Both the position numbers and the translations under genes were made by a program. Shown piece by piece: positions 18,385 through 20,000 of a DNA stretch of 20,000 nt. The stretch is from an uncultured virus (IMG/VR IMGVR_UViG_3300017733_000002) (taxonomy: Duplodnaviria > Heunggongvirae > Uroviricota > Caudoviricetes). Numbering within the stretch: position 1 is the first letter of the stretch; every line of letters begins with the position of its first letter. The stretch lies in the IMG/VR virus record IMGVR_UViG_3300017733_000002; one strand, written 5' to 3'. The notes under the pieces were generated by a model that saw nothing but the letters and a program-made list of their open reading frames with translations, ran no database searches and had not been told where the DNA came from.

Positions 18385-18582
18385 ATGGCTATAGAAGTTA
18401 AGGTTATAAACAACAAGATAGAGTTTGCACTTAGAAAATTTAAAAAGAAAGTAAAAGATTCAGGTATACTACATGAATTACAAGAACGTCAGTTCTATGT
18501 AAAACCCTCAGCAATAAAAAGAGACAGAAGAGCTAAGGGTAGATTAAGGGCACAAATACGTTCAAAAAAAGCGTTACTTTAA
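18385..18582 (+). CDS. rpsU: Phage-encoded 30S ribosomal protein bS21
   Basis: 65-aa basic protein with IEFALRKFKKKV..SGIL.EL.ERQFYVKPS..KR, the bS21 signature; GAGGA SD upstream. Confidence 0.93.
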   Translation: MAIEVKVINNKIEFALRKFKKKVKDSGILHELQERQFYVKPSAIKRDRRAKGRLRAQIRSKKALL

Positions 18583-18593
18583 AATATATCTAG

Positions 18594-18603
18594 TATATTT
18601 ATA
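18594..18603 (+). promoter_or_regulatory. TATATTTATA motif, candidate late promoter for scaffold/major capsid genes
   Basis: Identical to 16024-16033; sits at the 5' side of the largest intergenic gap. Confidence 0.5.
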
Positions 18604-18615
18604 TCTAAATCTAAT

Positions 18616-18677
18616 GCACCTACATTCGTTAGGTGTTCCTAATTAATCGAACCTGATTATAGTTCCCAATAACTATA
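18616..18677 (+). promoter_or_regulatory. Structured 5' leader (three inverted repeats) upstream of the scaffold gene
   Basis: GCACCTA/TAGGTGT (18616-18636, loop contains TTCG), TAATC/GATTA (18644-18659), TATAGTT/AACTATA (18658-18677, loop CCCAAT). Confidence 0.55.
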
Positions 18678-18707
18678 CAATGTAAAACCTCTTAAAGGAG
18701 AATCCAA

Positions 18708-19706
18708 ATGGATAAATTATTGCAAGATGCAATTGCTGATGCAAAAGCAGTACGCGAAACTGCGTTAGCAAATGCTAAACTAGCACTCGAAGAGGCCTTT
18801 ACTCCACATCTGAAATCAATGCTTTCTAAAAAGCTACAAGCTGAAACAGAAGGCGAAGATGAGGAATCACACGATGAGAGTGTCGAAGTAGAAGAAGCTA
18901 TGGAAGACGAAGACGAAGAATCTAAGGACGAGTCCGTAGAGGAAACGAATGAGGAAGCTGTAGAAGAAACTATGGAAGACGAGGATGAAGAGAAGAAGGA
19001 CGAAGTATACAATGACGAAGAAATGGAAGACGAAGGTATGCATGATGAAGAAATGGAAGACGAAGAGTCTGAAATGGAAGACGAAGCACCTGAAGATGAC
19101 GAAGACGACGACATTGGCGAAGTCCTTAAGCAGTTAGAGGCCGAAATGGCTGACGAAGATGAAGATCATAAAGAAGAAGGCTACCACGGAGAAGAAGAAG
19201 ACGAGAAAGATGAGTCTGTTTCTGAAGAAATGGAAGACGAAGATGAAGACATGGATGAAGAAATCGATCTTGATGAGATCATCAAAGCTCTAACTGAGGA
19301 AGATGAAGAAGAGGAAGAAGAAGAAAAAGCTGAAGAAGCTATGGTACCTGCTGCTGAACTCGATGAGTACAGACAAACAGTACAGTATCTGAAAGATAAG
19401 CTTTCTGAAGTTAATCTTCTTAACGCAAAGCTACTTTATACTAACAAGTTATTCAGAAGCAGAAATGTATCTGAAGAGCAAAAGATGAAAGTTATCGAAC
19501 AATTTGACAGAGCTGCTAACGTACGCGAAGTTAAACTTGTTTTTACAACTTTCGCTGAATCTATTGCACGTAAGCCTGTTAATGAGTCAGCTAAGCGCGT
19601 TTCTAAAGCTTCTAAACCAGTAGCTTCTACTGAATCTAAAAAACCGATCATCGGTGAAAATACGGACTTCAAAAGCCGTATGAAGAAACTAGCTAACATT
19701 ATTTAA
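18708..19706 (+). CDS. Prohead scaffolding/core protein (functional counterpart of T4 gp22), very acidic
   Basis: Lies between protease and MCP; AIADAKAVRETALANAKLALEEAF N-terminus, D/E-rich centre, LSEVNLLNAKLLY coiled coil, RMKKLANI end; SD AAGGAGA. Confidence 0.85.
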   Translation: MDKLLQDAIADAKAVRETALANAKLALEEAFTPHLKSMLSKKLQAETEGEDEESHDESVEVEEAMEDEDEESKDESVEETNEEAVEETMEDEDEEKKDEVYNDEEMEDEGMHDEEMEDEESEMEDEAPEDDEDDDIGEVLKQLEAEMADEDEDHKEEGYHGEEEDEKDESVSEEMEDEDEDMDEEIDLDEIIKALTEEDEEEEEEEKAEEAMVPAAELDEYRQTVQYLKDKLSEVNLLNAKLLYTNKLFRSRNVSEEQKMKVIEQFDRAANVREVKLVFTTFAESIARKPVNESAKRVSKASKPVASTESKKPIIGENTDFKSRMKKLANII

Positions 19707-19719
19707 TTGGAGAAACTCA

Positions 19720-20000
19720 ATGTCTTATAACAATCAATTGAAAGACGTAATGGGCGGATACAATCCTCATAATGAGCTTCTATCTTCCTCTCGTAAATTG
19801 GTTTCTAAATGGGAGCCAACAGGTCTTTTAGAAGGTCTAAATACAGAGAGTGAAAGTGCCGGTATGGCTGTTCTCTTGGAAAACCAAGCAAAACAGTTAA
19901 TCGACGAAGCTTCACAGGTGGGAACTTCAGCAAATCAAGAACAGTGGAGCGGTGTTGCTCTACCATTAGTTCGTAGAATTTTTGCTGAACTATCCGCACA
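19720..20000 (+). CDS. Major capsid protein (T4 gp23-like), 3'-truncated; absent from the ORF track
   Basis: Manual translation from ATG 19720: MSYNNQLKDVMGGYNPHNELLSSSRKLVSKWEPTGLLEGL...MAVLLENQAKQLIDEAS...WSGVALPLVRRIFAELSA. KW..LLEG, LLENQ and LPLVRR are gp23 N-terminal hallmarks; GGAGA SD at 19709-19713. Confidence 0.93.
   Translation, partial: MSYNNQLKDVMGGYNPHNELLSSSRKLVSKWEPTGLLEGLNTESESAGMAVLLENQAKQLIDEASQVGTSANQEQWSGVALPLVRRIFAELSA

Noticed and set aside
18616..18677. Rho-independent terminator or tRNA in the bS21-scaffold gap
   Set aside because: No U-tract follows the stems, and there is no cloverleaf with acceptor stem and T-loop consensus.
18692..19999. Minus-strand ORFs (poly-Ser 18692-19114, 19436-19699, 19805-19999) and other short antisense ORFs
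   Set aside because: These are antisense shadows of the acidic scaffold, MCP and other well-supported plus-strand genes.

Overview
A 20 kb all-plus-strand late/structural region of a large, AT-rich tailed phage with a T4-like head module. Order: a 5'-truncated giant fibre-like gene (>2,790 aa, about two thirds Ala/Ser/Gln heptad repeats, then beta-rich fibre repeats and an FTGxH...CTYHCG C-terminal domain); a small ORF; a GH108 lysozyme; a small ORF; an 865-aa multidomain protein (HIGH-like nucleotidyltransferase plus KxDG ligase-like domain); a CxxC/CxxC protein; terminase large subunit; portal; two hypothetical proteins; prohead protease; a hypothetical protein; phage-encoded ribosomal protein bS21; acidic scaffold; and the start of the major capsid protein (19720 to the window end, missing from the ORF track). 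The best candidates for new biology are: (i) the 865-aa protein looks like a capsid-packaged enzyme polyprotein whose domain borders carry prohead-protease-type hydrophobic-X-E sites; (ii) the very long coiled-coil fibre built from shuffled 21-nt modules; (iii) bS21 followed by a hairpin-rich leader and strong Shine-Dalgarno sites on the capsid genes. All family calls come from motif recognition by eye; no searches were run.
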